Numbered from the stretch's first letter, positions 26,665 to 35,841 are shown. The stretch is DNA of 39,542 nt from an uncultured archaeon (GCA_964373165.1 CAYJTF010000002.1:17162-56703); one strand, 5' to 3'. Numbers and translations: made by a program. The notes: generated from the letters alone by a model not told the origin.

Positions 26665-27909
26665 TTATATTTCTACTTCTAACAACTCTTCAAAAACTTT
26701 TTCAATACGTTCTGGATCATGTCTTATTACTTTCTGCCTGTTATCAATATCCGTGCCGACGATAGCAAGACTTCTCCTCAGAAGCATAGGAATTTTGCTA
26801 TACGGTGACTGATCAAATGTGGATTTCAAAATTATTTCATCTTGATTGGTACATTGTACTGGTGTGGCGTGTTTTCTTGCATATCTTTCTTGTATATAAT
26901 TTGGGATTCGTCGTCTTTTTGGAGCATATATCCCATAATCGTGTGCAACAACTACGTCTGGGACACGCCCAGTAATTTTTGTAGCCAAAGCAACGTGCTG
27001 AGTTAAATCAAGTCTTACAACAAACCCATTGATTACGTAATGCGTTTGATTTTGTTCTGTCATTAAATTTACCCAAAAATCTAAAGGAAAAGAAGAACGT
27101 TGTATATATTCTCTTATTTCCGGCAACATCATACCCCAAAGATTTGCCACCATACTAGTAGCGCATAACGACAATCTCCTGAGATTTGGTAGTTTTTCCC
27201 AAACTTCTGGATTAACATCTACTTTTCCACCACCATTTTTGCTATGTGTCACGTTATATACAGGAGATATAATTTCGTCCTCGTCTAAACGATGTTCTCC
27301 AGTCAAAGAATTTCCATCGATAGCGGTTATGTGAAGCGTATATGGTGATTCACTTACAGGAACGCAATAAACAGCTGAGTCTAGTCCTTCTCCAAGTAAT
27401 CTTATACCACCAATGTTCCCGTGTTTAAGCATCAAAGCGGCAAGAATTAAATTTCCTAGAGTGTGACCTTTTGTCTGACTTCCTTCTCCAGAATCTTCTC
27501 CAAATTCAAATCTGTAATCAGGAGATAATATATCATATATAACTTTTAATGCCCCTTTGCAATTTCCTATTCCTCTTTCATCGGCAGCTATTTCTATTAA
27601 TTCTCTTACCGGTCTTTTTTTCAATGGACCATCGTGATCAAATCTGTAGAATAAGAGGTTAGCTAGATTATCATAGACCTCTCTTTTATAACACGAAGCA
27701 CCCATTATTAATTTCCAGTAATCTCCGGGTGGAAGTAAACCGAAATTTCTGAAATATTTTGACGAGCCACCATCATCCCCGCATCCACAAAAAGCAATAA
27801 CAGGAACGCCTAGATTCCGATGCAGTTTTTTAATAGCCCGACCATACTGAAAACCTGAATGACCACCCGTTATGATTCCTAGCGGTTTTCCAGAGTAGTT
27901 GTTATTTAT
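26665..27909 (-). CDS. CofD/YvcK (UPF0052, 2-phospho-L-lactate-transferase-like) family protein; start uncertain
   Basis: GHTLGNLILAALML in the track ORF. The in-frame upstream segment (open to 27927) encodes GIITGGHSGFQYGRAIKKL...VIAFCGCGDDGGSS, the N-terminal glycine loop and DDGGS motifs of this family. The first ATG is at 27705. An ATA at 27909 lies 7 nt after a GAGGT. Confidence 0.55.
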   Translation of the reverse strand: MNNNYSGKPLGIITGGHSGFQYGRAIKKLHRNLGVPVIAFCGCGDDGGSSKYFRNFGLLPPGDYWKLIMGASCYKREVYDNLANLLFYRFDHDGPLKKRPVRELIEIAADERGIGNCKGALKVIYDILSPDYRFEFGEDSGEGSQTKGHTLGNLILAALMLKHGNIGGIRLLGEGLDSAVYCVPVSESPYTLHITAIDGNSLTGEHRLDEDEIISPVYNVTHSKNGGGKVDVNPEVWEKLPNLRRLSLCATSMVANLWGMMLPEIREYIQRSSFPLDFWVNLMTEQNQTHYVINGFVVRLDLTQHVALATKITGRVPDVVVAHDYGIYAPKRRRIPNYIQERYARKHATPVQCTNQDEIILKSTFDQSPYSKIPMLLRRSLAIVGTDIDNRQKVIRHDPERIEKVFEELLEVEI

Positions 27910-27927
27910 TTCATCTACCTCTTGATA

Positions 27928-28062
27928 TTACAATTTATATACTGTAGAAACGGGCTGTGTAAATATTCTAGAACATTCCTTACATTCAAATATAGATGGA
28001 TCTCCAAAGTCCAGTATTGAAACTTTTTTTGACCTACAATGTTTGCATATCATACTCATCAT
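27928..28062 (-). CDS. Small zinc-ribbon protein (44 aa, below the ORF-track cutoff)
   Basis: MMSMICKHCRSKKVSILDFGDPSIFECKECSRIFTQPVSTVYKL has CxxC-x16-CxxC. Its TAA stop (27930-27928) is in frame with the CofD-like ORF immediately downstream. Confidence 0.45.
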   Translation of the reverse strand: MMSMICKHCRSKKVSILDFGDPSIFECKECSRIFTQPVSTVYKL

Positions 28063-28286
28063 CTAAAAGATCCACAAGAGGAAAGCTGAAGTCGCAATTA
28101 TTTCGGAACAACTCCTTTAGATTTGACTTGCTTTCCTCGTAATCTAATATATAATATGGTAACAACATATATAAGGAGTGCCTAAAAATGGCTTCTCAGG
28201 TATAGAATAGTTCGGTTTTAAAAGAGGCTAATTAGGTCGTGATCACTAAAAAAATTTTTATAATATTAACACACCATTTATAATGC

Positions 28287-29222
28287 ATGAAATATCTTCT
28301 TGAAGAATCGGAAGAAGGTCACAAAGCGTTTACCACAATGATGATAGAAAATCCCAAGCTATTTTCTATATTGTCTAATGATCTTGCCCTGAAAATTATA
28401 AAAGAATTGGGGAAATCTCCCGCATGTGCCTTTGATATAGCAAGGAAACTGAAGGTTCATGAACAGAAGGTTTATTATCATATGAGAAATCTGGAGAAAT
28501 CTGGAATTATAAAATTAATAAAAATAGAAGAAAGAGTTGGAGCGTCGGCCAAAATATATCAACCATCCTCCTCGATGGTGTCATTTAAGCTCTTCGACGG
28601 AGAACCAATAAACGATATAAAAACAAAAATAACACAATTGAAATTTCTTAAGCCTTTTATTGAGAATGGTAAATTGAATTCATTAATTATTGTCGGAAGC
28701 CCAGATCCTCATGGAAAGTATAAATCTCCGGCCTCTGATGGGTACTGTGCCATAAATCTAGGCGCTTATCTTGGACAGTTCATTACGGAATTTAACGAAC
28801 CTCTGTATAAATTAGATACACAAATAAAAGAGGTTGATCTGGAGCAAAATTTAATATTGATAGGTGGTCCAAAGGCAAACATGATCACAGATAAAGTAAA
28901 TAAAGAACTCCCGATATATTTCGATTATTCCTCTGAATCACTTGATTGGAATATAGTGTCTACTACATCGAAGAATGTCTATAAAGACAAATACATAGGC
29001 TTTGTCGCGAGAATAAACAATCCCTTTAACAAAGATAAAGAGATTTTAGTTCTGGCTGGAAAAGGATTTACGGGCAGCAGGGCCGCTGTTTTGGCGTTGA
29101 CTAAACACATGAAACAAGTATCAAAAGGTAATTTAGTGAACCCTGAAATTATAGCAAAAGTTGTTAGAGGTATAGATGTGGATTCTGATATGCTCGTGGA
29201 TGACGTGGAATTTTTAGAATAA
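28287..29222 (+). CDS. Winged-helix (ArsR-like) DNA-binding protein with uncharacterised C-terminal domain
   Basis: LSNDLALKIIKELGKSPACAFDIARKLKVHEQKVYYHMRNLEKSGIIKLIKIEE is an ArsR/wHTH pattern. The remaining roughly 200 aa are unassigned. Confidence 0.55.
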   Translation: MKYLLEESEEGHKAFTTMMIENPKLFSILSNDLALKIIKELGKSPACAFDIARKLKVHEQKVYYHMRNLEKSGIIKLIKIEERVGASAKIYQPSSSMVSFKLFDGEPINDIKTKITQLKFLKPFIENGKLNSLIIVGSPDPHGKYKSPASDGYCAINLGAYLGQFITEFNEPLYKLDTQIKEVDLEQNLILIGGPKANMITDKVNKELPIYFDYSSESLDWNIVSTTSKNVYKDKYIGFVARINNPFNKDKEILVLAGKGFTGSRAAVLALTKHMKQVSKGNLVNPEIIAKVVRGIDVDSDMLVDDVEFLE

Positions 29223-29335
29223 ATAAATTTTTTATCTCTAACTTTTTATCAAAACGTCTAATATCAAATCACTAAAGCTTTGATAAAAACATATATGCCC
29301 TGTACATGCCAAGATACCTGAATTTTCACTGAAAG

Positions 29336-29635
29336 ATGTTCGTTATATATTCGATTTCACATAGTATATTGATGCAATGGAAGACCTTCTATGTCCAGAA
29401 TTCAAGTTCTACAACTCAAATAATAGGCTATGATTCTAGAATGGCTTTAGCTAAGGTTAAAAATATGGGTCTGGAAGGTCCATTTGTAATAAGAGAAAAG
29501 GGGATTGTGCTTTTGATTGAAATAAATGGAAAAATAATAGAAAAAGAAAAATTAACTGAGAAAATGTTACTAGATAGTTTTCCTGATCAGACAAAAGAAT
29601 GGTTAAGAAGAACGTTTGAAAGCTTCAATCATTAA
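29336..29635 (+). CDS. Hypothetical protein (start uncertain)
   Basis: ORF only, with no motif. An internal Met (MALAKVKNMG...) could be the true start. Confidence 0.25.
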   Translation: MFVIYSISHSILMQWKTFYVQNSSSTTQIIGYDSRMALAKVKNMGLEGPFVIREKGIVLLIEINGKIIEKEKLTEKMLLDSFPDQTKEWLRRTFESFNH

Positions 29636-29743
29636 GCATGTTATTGGTATAAGATTATCAAACACCAGTGATTTTGTTTTAATAAGACTCTTCATACAAT
29701 CAATTTTAGAATAAATTCGAAAATAAAAATAAAAAATTGCCAA

Positions 29744-30724
29744 TTAGAACATTTCAGGTTTGTTTTCGTTGTTTACTGAGAATTTTCTTGTAGCCAATAT
29801 TGATATTATTCCTATTACTGTTATACCTATATACATCCACAAAGCATTTTCTGAAACAGGCAAAGAGAAGCCAGATTCTTTTACTTTATTATCATTTTCA
29901 GTCGCAGCCGAACTTATCTTTTCCGTTGGCTTTTCTACAACAGTTTCCTTCACGATCTCAACTAGCTTGTCCGGGTTTTCTCTTACTTCGAATACTGCTC
30001 CAGGTGACCAAACTGTTTTAACAGTCCCGCAAACAGGATCCTTTAATTCACCTTTTACGAACGCATAATATCTTCCTGGTCCCAGATTACCTGCTATGAA
30101 ATCTAAACTGGTAACCGTATACTTACCGTTGCTGACTGATAAGAAATGGCTTTGTTTTAAAATAGGCATGCCTTCTCTGTTTTGTTTTTCATATAAGTAC
30201 AAAGTTAATTTCAATCCCTGTCTTACATAATCAGTGCCTGATACAACAATAGTTGTATCTACTTTTATTTTTTCGTCTGAACCTTCTCCTCTATAAACCA
30301 TGTATTTCGAAAATTCAGGTTTTTCTATAGCAAAGTCATGTAGTTTCACTGGTTTTTTAACTTGCAATGAAGTTGTAGAATACTCAGATTCTCCTAAGGC
30401 ACCTAGTAACACTCTTACTCCATGAGTTCCCGGATAAAGCATTGATGTATCAATACTATCTTCTATTATAGGATCTCCTTCATCTGTTTCGAATGTGTGT
30501 GTACCAATAAGATTATTATCCACATATACTTTTACTCTAGCCTGTCCGAAGACATCTCTTGCTTCAACTGGCACTGAAAGTTTTACTTGTTTTCCTTGGC
30601 ATACTTCCTTGTCTGACAAACTGATTTTTCCTACGTTTAAGCTAGGTTCGTGTGCCATTATGACGCTAACCGACATTAATAGCACTGTCGCTAGTACAAA
30701 AACTTTCAAAAATTCCTTTTTCAT
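29744..30724 (-). CDS. Secreted surface protein with two beta-sandwich (CARDB/Ig-like)-looking domains and a C-terminal TM anchor
   Basis: Signal peptide MKKEFLKVFVLATVLLMSVSVIMA, a beta-rich repetitive architecture, a polar linker, and a terminal helix LWMYIGITVIGIISILA. Confidence 0.5.
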   Translation of the reverse strand: MKKEFLKVFVLATVLLMSVSVIMAHEPSLNVGKISLSDKEVCQGKQVKLSVPVEARDVFGQARVKVYVDNNLIGTHTFETDEGDPIIEDSIDTSMLYPGTHGVRVLLGALGESEYSTTSLQVKKPVKLHDFAIEKPEFSKYMVYRGEGSDEKIKVDTTIVVSGTDYVRQGLKLTLYLYEKQNREGMPILKQSHFLSVSNGKYTVTSLDFIAGNLGPGRYYAFVKGELKDPVCGTVKTVWSPGAVFEVRENPDKLVEIVKETVVEKPTEKISSAATENDNKVKESGFSLPVSENALWMYIGITVIGIISILATRKFSVNNENKPEMF

Positions 30725-30785
30725 ATATTTTCTTTGTCCAGACAGACATTTTAACCTAATTTATATTACAATAAAAGAAAAATTT

Positions 30786-30974
30786 CTATTTAATTTCATG
30801 AGAAATAGGACATTTTGTATCGCTGAATTCACATATGACACAGCATTTTTTTTTTGATGTAACGATTTCTTTGCAACTATCGCATTCAAAAAAAGGGATG
30901 CACTTGTTTGTTGGCACTACCATTTTGACTACGGTCTTGCAACTAGGGCATTTCACATTCGCATAATTATTCAT
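30786..30974 (-). CDS. GDCCVxC-domain-type small cysteine-rich metal-binding protein
   Basis: CPSC...VPTNKCIPFFECDSCKEIV...KKCCVICEFSDTKCP matches the CPxC...MPTDxCxxFxxCxxC...GDCCVxC...CP pattern as I recall it. Confidence 0.55.
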   Translation of the reverse strand: MNNYANVKCPSCKTVVKMVVPTNKCIPFFECDSCKEIVTSKKKCCVICEFSDTKCPISHEIK

Positions 30975-30975
30975 T

Positions 30976-31215
30976 TTATCCGCTTCTTTGTTTTAATATT
31001 CTTTCTAAAGCAGGTTTGTTGAAACCCACTATAATCTGACCGTCAATATCTATGACAGGAACGCCCATCTGACCGGATTTTTCTACCATTTCTTGTGCTG
31101 CTTTAGGATTTAGAGAAACATTTATTTCTTTGAATTTCACGTTGTTTTCTTTAAAATATTTTTTAGCCATATCACAGTATGGACAGACAGATGTAGTGTA
31201 AATTGTTATACCCAT
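30976..31215 (-). CDS. Glutaredoxin (Grx/NrdH-like)
   Basis: MGITIYTTSVCPYCDMAKKYF...GVPVIDIDGQIIVGFN with a CPYC active site. I prefer ATG 31215, which has GAGGT 7 nt upstream, to the track start at 31275. Confidence 0.8.
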   Translation of the reverse strand: MGITIYTTSVCPYCDMAKKYFKENNVKFKEINVSLNPKAAQEMVEKSGQMGVPVIDIDGQIIVGFNKPALERILKQRSG

Positions 31216-31226
31216 ATTTTTTACCT

Positions 31227-31343
31227 CTATTTTTTCATCACTTTTTTTGTCGCATGACAATTTGGATTGCTGCATTTATAATAATATTCCTTTTCTGAAC
31301 TTCCGGCCAGAATCCACTTATGCATACCTAACGAGCAAGACAT
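31227..31343 (-). CDS. Small Cys/His-containing ORF (38 aa), possible zinc-binding mini-protein
   Basis: MSCSLGMHKWILAGSSEKEYYYKCSNPNCHATKKVMKK. Its TAG lies 11 nt upstream of the glutaredoxin ATG. Not in the ORF track. Confidence 0.3.
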   Translation of the reverse strand: MSCSLGMHKWILAGSSEKEYYYKCSNPNCHATKKVMKK

Positions 31344-31374
31344 GATACAATTTATAAAAGTTAATAATTAAAGT

Positions 31375-32271
31375 TTATTGAGTCGACAGCTGTTTTTGTT
31401 GAGAACCTATATTTATGAATGGGAGTGCATCACCGCCCCAATAGACAGGCATTTTTCCATCCCATCTTTCTATTGCTTTGAACTGGGTTAATTCCGGAGT
31501 CACTTCTAATTTTTGTAATTTTAGTGCCTCAGCCTGCGCCTTTGCGGTTAGTAGAAGTGCATCTGCCTCAGCCCTGGCTTGCGTAACTCTTTGTTCTGCT
31601 TCAATCTTTATTCTGTCTAGATCCCTTTCAGCCTTCAATGCAAGCTGTTCAGCAGTGACCTTTTGTTCAATTGCTCTGTTGAATTCATCCGAGAAATCAA
31701 AATCTACTATATTCAATTCATTCACTATTATGTTGCCGCCTGACAGGTCTCCCAATTTCTCTCCCAGATTTGTTTTTATAACATCTCTGACAATAGCTCT
31801 TTTGGTAATCAGCTCCTCTGCCGTGTATTGAGCAGTTGCAGCCTTTACAGCTTCTTGTATTGCGGGATCTATTATTCTTTCTCTATATCCAGAACCTATG
31901 TTTTGGAATAACCAGTTAACTCCACTAGGGTCAATATGATAATTTAAAGCGATTTGTGTCGTGACGATTTGAAGATCTTTTGACGCGGCGGATGCGTGAG
32001 CTTCATATTTTTGCGTTTTCACGTCTACTTTGACGACGTTTTCCATTATTGGTACTCTTAGGTTGAGACCTTCCTGCATTATTCTATCTTCAACCGCGCC
32101 AAATTTTAGAACAACACCCCTTTCACCAGCGCCTATAATGACGAAGGGATTAAGTGTCATTAAAATGAAAATCCCTAAGACGATCAGAAGATATGGTTTT
32201 ATCTTATTGAAAAAATCAGGAGGCTCAAATGGCATGTCATTCGGTCTTTTTACCATGACTTGTATTTGCAT
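31375..32271 (-). CDS. SPFH/band-7 (prohibitin-like) membrane protein
   Basis: An N-terminal TM, then GERGVVLKFGAV...LNLRVPIMENVVKVDVKTQ...KDLQIVTTQIALNYHI, and an Ala/Glu-rich C-terminal coiled coil. Confidence 0.85.
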   Translation of the reverse strand: MQIQVMVKRPNDMPFEPPDFFNKIKPYLLIVLGIFILMTLNPFVIIGAGERGVVLKFGAVEDRIMQEGLNLRVPIMENVVKVDVKTQKYEAHASAASKDLQIVTTQIALNYHIDPSGVNWLFQNIGSGYRERIIDPAIQEAVKAATAQYTAEELITKRAIVRDVIKTNLGEKLGDLSGGNIIVNELNIVDFDFSDEFNRAIEQKVTAEQLALKAERDLDRIKIEAEQRVTQARAEADALLLTAKAQAEALKLQKLEVTPELTQFKAIERWDGKMPVYWGGDALPFINIGSQQKQLSTQ

Positions 32272-32274
32272 TTT

Positions 32275-32982
32275 TTAATTAAAATAGGTTTCATTCTTTT
32301 TAATTAAAATTTCTTTGAAAATTTTTTCCTGCTCTGTCGTCACTTTTCCCCGGGAGGATAAATATAATAAAGGCATAAAATGTTTCACAATTTCGTTTCT
32401 TTCCCACTCTCCGACAATTTTTGAGAATTCTATTTTATCAGAATTTAGTTTGCCAAGGAAGTCATCTATCTCGCTCATCAGTTTATTTATTCTTACTTCT
32501 ATGTCCTCCTCCTCAAAATTGATTTCTTTGGCAATTCTCTTGCCTAAAACCTTGTGTTTAACTTCTTTTTTCTCTTTAATTTTCATTGCTTTCCTTAACG
32601 CATTCACAAGCTCGTCTAGCGTAACAGATCTTGTAGCATGTCTCTCAACAGGCGGAGACAATTTCAATTGAGCTAATTTCATTTTTATTTCAGCAAAATC
32701 TTCAGATTTCAATTGTTCTTCCAGTTGGTTTTCCTTTTCACTTTCCAACGAATATAATGTATCCGATTTCAATTTCAGTAATATCGCAGCTACCAAAACA
32801 ACCTTTGCTGGGATTCTGAAATCAATCAACTCCAGATTTTCAATGTATTTCATGAAAGAATCAGTTAGCTTGCCTATGTCGACATCCCAAGGATTCATTC
32901 CTTCTAAACTAACTATATGATAAATAATATCTTCCCAACTTTGTTTTTCTATGACCTGACTCAATAACTCTTGCTCATCCAT
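32275..32982 (-). CDS. scpA: Segregation and condensation protein A (kleisin)
   Basis: WEDIIYHIVSLEGMNPWDVDIGKLTDSFMKYI...FRIPAKVVLVAAILLKLKS is a typical ScpA N-terminus. The ATG directly abuts the smc stop. Confidence 0.85.
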   Translation of the reverse strand: MDEQELLSQVIEKQSWEDIIYHIVSLEGMNPWDVDIGKLTDSFMKYIENLELIDFRIPAKVVLVAAILLKLKSDTLYSLESEKENQLEEQLKSEDFAEIKMKLAQLKLSPPVERHATRSVTLDELVNALRKAMKIKEKKEVKHKVLGKRIAKEINFEEEDIEVRINKLMSEIDDFLGKLNSDKIEFSKIVGEWERNEIVKHFMPLLYLSSRGKVTTEQEKIFKEILIKKNETYFN

Positions 32983-35502
32983 CTATATCACTTGTGTTTG
33001 GGGCTCGGTTTGCGGCAGTTCTAATCCCAGTATCTTCGATTCGCCATCTTCCAGTGTGATGCCATATACTTTATCAGCTTCTTTGATCGTGTAATCGTTA
33101 TGGCTGATCATAATGAATTGTTCTTCCTTTGATAATTTTTTAACAAGATTGACAATTTTCTTTGTATTAGACTTATCCAAAAAAGCGTCAACTTCATCAA
33201 GTATGTAAAACGGAGACGGTTTGTATAACTGAACACCAAATAAGAATGCTAGTGCAGCCAATGATTTTTCGCCTCCTGACATGGCATCAATATTAACAAG
33301 GTTCTTTCCACCAGGACTAACCTGGATTAATAGTCCGCTTTCAATATTTATTGGGTCTTCCAACTCCAGCGACGACTCGCCACCAGCAATTTCTTTAAAA
33401 ACATTTTTGAAATTTTTATCTATACCTTTCAAGGTTTCATAAAAGACTTCCATTTTTTTCTCTTCGATTCTCCGTATCATTTCTTGGATTATGCTTTTCT
33501 CCTCGTTTATTTTATCAAACTTATTTTTCAATTCATCAAACTCAAGTTTGAACGCATCATACTCTTCTATCGCTTTCAAATTAACAAGTCCCAGGGAATT
33601 TAATTCTCTTATGGCATTGTTGATGTGAACTTCTAGTATTTCAGGCCTGTCATCGATATAATCCATTTCACCATATTTTTCCGCTTCCAATTTATAATTT
33701 TCTAACTCGGCCTCCATTTTTGCGGATTTAATTTTCAGTTTGTTTATTTTGTTTTGCATTATGATTCTTATTTCATACTTCTCCTTTCTTTTTAATTTCA
33801 ATTCTTCTATTTTTTTGTCAATATCAGTTCTCTCATCCTCTAAGCCGATTACTTCCTTCGCTTCTCTCTCTTCGCTTCTTCTTAAATCGTCTATTTTTCT
33901 GTTCAGCTGATCTATTTCAATCTTTAGAAAATTATTTTCCTCTTCCAACTCTCTTTTTGAATTTACATATTCTCTTATTTCGTTCTCATGCCCTAACATT
34001 TCTCTTTTCTGATAATATCCACCTATCATTGCGCCGGATCTTTCTGCCAAATCTCCATCTAGAGTAACCATTCTTATTTTTCCTATTCCAATCTCTCTTG
34101 CCACACCAAGATTTTCAACTATGATTGTGTCTCCAAAAACATGCTCAATCGCCGGTGCAAATTTTCTGTCGTATTTGATTAGGTTAGTTATTGATCCAAC
34201 AACACCCGGCCTTTTTAATAATCTCATTTCTTCCGGTGATAATTTTCTTGGCTTTATTCTGTTTAGAGGTAAAAATGTAGCTCTTCCTAATCTCTCTCTT
34301 TTCAGATAATTTATACACTCAGTGGCGATTAGTGAGTTCTCTACAACTATATTTTGAAGTTTATTTCCGCCCGCAACTTCAATAGCAGTTTCATAATCTC
34401 TCGAAACTTTGATTAAATCTCCAACAACACCGTAAACACCATCTTGTTTCAGGTTGAGTATTACCTTGACACCTTTGCTGAAATCTCTGATATCACCGAA
34501 AGATTCCAGTTTTTGTATAAGGCTGTTTATTCTTTCCGTTTCTCTTTCGTTTGATTCCACTTTCGTTTCATTCCTAAGGATTTTATTTTTTATATCTCCG
34601 ATCTCTTGCCTTATGCTGCTCTCTCTCGATCGGACAAACATTTTATCGGCTATATATTCCTTCCTTTTCTCGTCCTGTTCTATTCCTGTTTCTATCTCCC
34701 TGATTTCATTCTCTAATTTTTGTATTTCCTCTTCACTACCAGCGACCTCGTCATTTGAGGTTTCATAGTCTTTGTTCAACAATGAGAATCTTTTATGAGC
34801 TAGAGATGCCCGTAGCCTTTCGAGATTTTGTTGTAAATCTTTGTATTTTAATGCTGTGTTTCTTTCATTTTCTAGCTGCACAAGCCTTTCCATTCTTTCA
34901 GAGATGACGATTTCTACCTCTTTCAATTTCTGTTCAACCTTTTCCAGATTGGCTAAGGCCTTTTCCTTTTTTTCATTGTAATGTTTTATTCCGGCTATTT
35001 CATCTATGATCCCCCTTCTCTCTTCCGGGTCCATCTCAATAACTTGCGTAACATCTCCCTGCATGATTATGTTGAAACCGTCTGGATGAATTCTGGCTGC
35101 TGACAATAATTCTAGAATCTTTTCTCTGGTAGTTGTACTTCCGTTTATTTTGAATAGACTCATTCCTTGTTTGTTTACCTTTCTTGTCACCGCTACTTCC
35201 TCTTCGTCGAACGGGAATATTTTTTTAGAATTGTCGAACCATAATGTTACAGCAGCGTAGTCTGCTGGCGGGTTTCCATCGTGTCCATGATAAATCAATT
35301 CATGGAGTCTGTCAGCCCGTAATGATTTCGCAGAACTTCTGCCTAACGCGAAGCTAATCGCATCTGCTATATTCGATTTTCCACAACCATTCGGACCGCA
35401 TATACAAACAAATCCATCAAAAAAAGGTATTGATATTTTTCTTCTAAATGATTTGAATCCCTGAAGTGTTATTCTTGTGAGTTTGGTGCCGAGCTCATTC
35501 AT
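32983..35502 (-). CDS. smc: SMC chromosome segregation ATPase, short-arm form (839 aa)
   Basis: Walker A GPNGCGKSN. Hinge GVYGVVGDLIKV...GRATFLPLN. Signature LSGGEKSLAALAF (actual MSGGEKSLAALAF). Walker B FYILDEVDAFLD. Confidence 0.9.
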   Translation of the reverse strand: MNELGTKLTRITLQGFKSFRRKISIPFFDGFVCICGPNGCGKSNIADAISFALGRSSAKSLRADRLHELIYHGHDGNPPADYAAVTLWFDNSKKIFPFDEEEVAVTRKVNKQGMSLFKINGSTTTREKILELLSAARIHPDGFNIIMQGDVTQVIEMDPEERRGIIDEIAGIKHYNEKKEKALANLEKVEQKLKEVEIVISERMERLVQLENERNTALKYKDLQQNLERLRASLAHKRFSLLNKDYETSNDEVAGSEEEIQKLENEIREIETGIEQDEKRKEYIADKMFVRSRESSIRQEIGDIKNKILRNETKVESNERETERINSLIQKLESFGDIRDFSKGVKVILNLKQDGVYGVVGDLIKVSRDYETAIEVAGGNKLQNIVVENSLIATECINYLKRERLGRATFLPLNRIKPRKLSPEEMRLLKRPGVVGSITNLIKYDRKFAPAIEHVFGDTIIVENLGVAREIGIGKIRMVTLDGDLAERSGAMIGGYYQKREMLGHENEIREYVNSKRELEEENNFLKIEIDQLNRKIDDLRRSEEREAKEVIGLEDERTDIDKKIEELKLKRKEKYEIRIIMQNKINKLKIKSAKMEAELENYKLEAEKYGEMDYIDDRPEILEVHINNAIRELNSLGLVNLKAIEEYDAFKLEFDELKNKFDKINEEKSIIQEMIRRIEEKKMEVFYETLKGIDKNFKNVFKEIAGGESSLELEDPINIESGLLIQVSPGGKNLVNIDAMSGGEKSLAALAFLFGVQLYKPSPFYILDEVDAFLDKSNTKKIVNLVKKLSKEEQFIMISHNDYTIKEADKVYGITLEDGESKILGLELPQTEPQTQVI

Positions 35503-35550
35503 GCTTAAAAAATAGGCGGAATTTCATTAAATTGTTTTGCTTTTCAGTAA

Positions 35551-35799
35551 TTAAGCGAAAATATTGCTTATTAGAAGAAAAATTATAGCCCATGTGAATA
35601 GGTAAGTTGAGAGTCCGTCTGCGATTAAGGTTTTTACTTTGCTGTTGTCTTTAGATTTGTTTAATAATGGGATGAGTGTTAACAGATAAAATCCAATCAG
35701 TATTGAAAATAACAAAAAAACATTCTTAATCACTGGGGAGATGGATCCTATTGCTATGCCCGATATGAGATATACTATCGCCATTTTTCTTGTTTCCAT
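35551..35799 (-). CDS. Hypothetical small membrane protein (3 TM)
   Basis: 82 aa and entirely hydrophobic helices. Divergent from the 35842 array. Confidence 0.4.
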   Translation of the reverse strand: METRKMAIVYLISGIAIGSISPVIKNVFLLFSILIGFYLLTLIPLLNKSKDNSKVKTLIADGLSTYLFTWAIIFLLISNIFA

Positions 35800-35841
35800 G
35801 GATAATTAATAGACTTTAAATTTAAAAAGAAACATTTTAAG

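Noticed and set aside
28173-28205. Strong SD (AAGGAGTG) followed 7 nt later by a 5-codon ORF (MASQV) in the 27931-28286 intergenic region
   Set aside because: It is too short to evaluate and shows no obvious attenuator structure. It could be a chance occurrence in a divergent promoter region.
28237-28244. Perfect 8-bp palindrome GTGATCAC about 10 nt upstream of the TATA-like box of the wHTH gene (possible operator)
   Set aside because: It is a single short palindrome that is also a common restriction-site-like sequence. No second half-site or repeat supports a regulatory role.
719-34768. Antisense or embedded ORFs inside confidently assigned genes (for example 719-973, 1782-1982, 3392-3799, 10461-10766, 13798-14028, 17726-17974, 23778-24032, 29760-30068, 30495-30857, 31478-31831, 32315-32671, 34454-34768)
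   Set aside because: Each is fully or largely contained within, and opposite or out of frame to, a gene with strong family motifs. Their sequences are low-complexity Ser/Phe/Leu/Ile-rich, as expected from reverse reads of Lys/Glu/Asn-rich genes.
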